DNA of 64,000 bases. Source: Tubiluchus corallicola. Taxonomy: Eukaryota; Animalia; Priapulida. The stretch covers positions 124,001 to 188,000 of the forward strand of contig JAQGDQ010002389.1 in assembly GCA_030141605.1 (NCBI GenBank), in the 5' to 3' direction. Shown piece by piece: positions 61,368-64,000 of this stretch (position 1 is its first letter; the number at the start of each line of letters is the position of its first letter). The notes under the pieces were generated by a model, which searched no databases, was not told the origin of the DNA, and saw nothing but the letters and a program-made list of their open reading frames with translations. The translations under genes were made by a program, and so were the position numbers.

Positions 61368-62072
61368 ATGGCGGTAAAAATGTTAAGTTTAGATATCATT
61401 CTATTGGCACTTATAACAATATTTCTCATTTTTAAGCTCAGGAGTCTTCTTGGGCAAAATGATGGATACCAAGGAGAAGACCAAAACCAAGATATGCAGT
61501 CTCCTCTTTCTTCTTCTGAAAAATCTCAAAAACCTAAAGTGCCAGCGCATAACGACAATTTAGTCAATATTAATTTTCCTTCTGAAAAATCGAATCCTCT
61601 TTTCAAACAGTCCCACCCTGAAGGAACTGTCGCTGCCGTTATTCATGAAATACAGAAATACGACCCAGCATTTACAATTCGAGACTTTATAAAAGGAGCA
61701 CGCTCTGCTTTTTATACGATTATTAAAGCTTTCTCTAACAAAGATATAGAAACACTCAAGCCTCTCCTTACTCCTGATGTTATGAACAGTTTTGAAAGCA
61801 CAATTAAAAAACAACAGCAACAACAGCAAAAGTCTATCGACGAAATTCAAGAATTTAAACTTGTCGACGTTACAAAAGCATCAATAAACGGCTCTATCGC
61901 CCAACTTGAAATACAGTTTGTAACAACACAAATCTCAGCACTCGTTGATAAAGATAATAATATTATCGAAGGCTCGCTTGATAAAGCTGTAGAAGTTCGA
62001 GACCACTGGGTATTCGAACGAGATGTCGCTTCCTCAAATCCAAATTGGATTCTCGTTGCAACTGACGTATAA
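61368..62072 (+). CDS. Tim44/TimA-family protein
   Basis: N-terminal TM, KLRSLLG, DPAF....FI.GAR.AF, D.WVFERD..S.NPNW.LVAT. Confidence 0.92.
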   Translation: MAVKMLSLDIILLALITIFLIFKLRSLLGQNDGYQGEDQNQDMQSPLSSSEKSQKPKVPAHNDNLVNINFPSEKSNPLFKQSHPEGTVAAVIHEIQKYDPAFTIRDFIKGARSAFYTIIKAFSNKDIETLKPLLTPDVMNSFESTIKKQQQQQQKSIDEIQEFKLVDVTKASINGSIAQLEIQFVTTQISALVDKDNNIIEGSLDKAVEVRDHWVFERDVASSNPNWILVATDV

Positions 62073-62078
62073 AAATAC

Positions 62079-63224
62079 ATGCATAAATATCTTATATATT
62101 TTTTTCTTCTCTTTCTTGCTGCTTGCGATTCCCCTCCCTCTCCCTTGCAGTACGAAAAGGTGACTTTAAAACCCATCTCTTTTAAAGAACTTCCAGGGTG
62201 GAAATATGATAAAACATCCCATACCCTCCCTGCCCTAAAAGAGTCCTGCAAATCATTTATGAAACAACCGCAGGAAAACAAACTCCACTCTTCAGGGCTC
62301 GGGGGACGCTATAAAGACTGGCATATGAGCTGTAAAATTTTTCTGGTCGAAGACTCGATAAGCGAACAAAAATTCAGAAAAATTCTTCAAAAACATTTCC
62401 AACCTTGGATCGTCGTTGATAACGACCAGCCAACAGGTCTGTTTACTGGCTATTATCTTCCTCTTCTCTATGGTCATACTCAACCGCAAAAAAATTATTC
62501 GCAGCCCGTTTATAAACGTCCACCAGAGCTCATTACAAAAGCCATAAAAGGAAAGAATCGCTTTGGGCACATGCATAATGGGACATTCCAGCCCTACTAC
62601 AGCCGGCAACAAATTGATCAAGGTATTTTAAATAATAAAAATTTAGAGCTTCTATGGGTCCATGATCCAATTGACTTTTTCTTTTTACAAATCCAAGGAT
62701 CAGGGCGAGTCAAAATGAAAGATGGATCAGAATTTATTATCGGCTATGACGGGCAAAATGGGCATTCTTATTTTCCAATCGGTCGATATCTTATTGAACA
62801 AAACGAAATCCCTAGAGAAAAAATATCCCTGCAATCCATAAAAATATGGCTACGTAACAATCCAGAGCAAGCCAAACAAATTATGTGGAAAAATCCCTCA
62901 TGGGTATTTTTTCGTATTCTAAAAGATATAAAAAACCCTAAAGGAGCTCAGGGTGTAGAATTAACTTCCGGTCGGAGTCTCGCTGTTGACAGAGCGTATT
63001 TTCCCCTGGGAATACCCATGTGGCTATCAACTTCATATCCAGGCCCCCTCCAATTTCCTCTACAGCGCCTCACCGTCGCTCAAGATACAGGAGGAGCAAT
63101 TAAAGGCGTTATTCGTGGAGATCTATTCACAGGATATGGAAATAAAGCACAATATATTGCCGGAAATATGAAGCAAAGCGGGCAATATTACCTCCTTCTT
63201 CCCAAAACATTAAACCTTCTATAA
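62079..63224 (+). CDS. mltA: membrane-bound lytic murein transglycosylase A
   Basis: Lipobox LAAC, GLFTGYY, FFLQIQGSG, SLAVD, AQDTGGAIKG..RGDLF.G. Confidence 0.95.
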   Translation: MHKYLIYFFLLFLAACDSPPSPLQYEKVTLKPISFKELPGWKYDKTSHTLPALKESCKSFMKQPQENKLHSSGLGGRYKDWHMSCKIFLVEDSISEQKFRKILQKHFQPWIVVDNDQPTGLFTGYYLPLLYGHTQPQKNYSQPVYKRPPELITKAIKGKNRFGHMHNGTFQPYYSRQQIDQGILNNKNLELLWVHDPIDFFFLQIQGSGRVKMKDGSEFIIGYDGQNGHSYFPIGRYLIEQNEIPREKISLQSIKIWLRNNPEQAKQIMWKNPSWVFFRILKDIKNPKGAQGVELTSGRSLAVDRAYFPLGIPMWLSTSYPGPLQFPLQRLTVAQDTGGAIKGVIRGDLFTGYGNKAQYIAGNMKQSGQYYLLLPKTLNLL

Positions 63225-63245
63225 ATAAATTGTTGCAAAATCCTT

Positions 63246-63946
63246 ATGAAAAAACAAAAAAACACACAGCGTTCAAGCCATGAAACATCTCACCAAAATC
63301 AGGAAAAACATACAAAAAAATTTTCCCTTTCTTCAGACGATCTTTCTCTGTGGTCAAAAGTGCAAACGACAACAACACCCCTTAAAAAAAAACATATCCC
63401 TCCTTGCAACATGACAACATAACACAAACAGAAAATTCTCCACCTGCAAGTGATACGCCTTCTTTCTCAGAAAAAAATATGGATTCTCTTTATACACAGT
63501 TTGACTATACATATACCTATAAGTCTCAATCCCCTAACAAATCTCTTTCTCAAAAAAATAACACACAGGCGCACAACACAACAACCTCTTCTTCCTTCTT
63601 AGAATTAACTCACGGAAGCATGGCTGATATCGATAAGCGAAGCATGCAGCGCCTACGAAAAGGAAAAATCACTATTGATGGAAAACTTGATCTTCATGGC
63701 ATGTCACAACAAGAAGCTTGGCGTAAATTTTTCCGCTTTATAGTCCATTCCTCTCAAGCAGGAAAACGACATGTTATGGTTATTACAGGAAAAGGGCGCA
63801 ATCAAACCGGAATACTGAAACAAAAAGTTCCACAATGGATCAATACTCCCTCCATTCGCCCCTATGTTATCGCTTTTCACTACGCTACAGCCCAGCATGG
63901 CGGTGAAGGCGCTCTTTATATTAAGTTACGAAAACTGCCCCATTAA
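63246..63946 (+). CDS. Smr/MutS2-domain protein, split by a frameshift at an A9 tract
   Basis: Smr domain (LDLHGM, VITGKG, HGGEGALY) in ORF 63404-63946. The family-like N-terminus LSSDDLSLWSKVQTTTTPL sits in another frame, from ATG 63246 to TAA 63420-63422. Confidence 0.8.
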
Positions 63947-64000
63947 GCACTAAAAATGTCCTCAAGCCGCTCGGAATAGCTTGCAGCTTCTTATTTTCCC

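Overview
AT-rich chromosomal segment of an alphaproteobacterium, probably Rhodospirillales-like and host-associated. The assignment rests on chpT, the thiE-efp-suhB run, secB opposite Tim44-mltA-smr, and an alphaproteobacterial-type gshA. Most genes are housekeeping: nagB, uvrC, lolA, NAD kinase, a complete ISC operon, tyrS, oppABCDF, psd-pssA, ubiA-ubiD and clpSA. The most unusual element is a 1.2 kb non-coding gap between uvrC and lolA holding about three tandem 340-360 bp units. Each unit has three DnaA boxes arranged as in the E. coli DARS core, plus a Fis-like and an IHF-like site, and the two complete units also carry a leftward sigma70 promoter. Other notable items: (1) a tRNA-Ser-adjacent array of three paralogous membrane-anchored genes with about 44, 14 and 0 pentapeptide repeats; (2) a beta-mannoside/glucoside operon with decayed ABC permeases; (3) intact ORFs that have lost catalytic or metal-binding residues (SuhB, the iscR-divergent alpha/beta hydrolase, a ZnuA-like protein); (4) an smr gene split at an A9 tract. 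No integrase, transposase, reverse transcriptase or CRISPR array was seen. All calls come from manual reading, with no database search.
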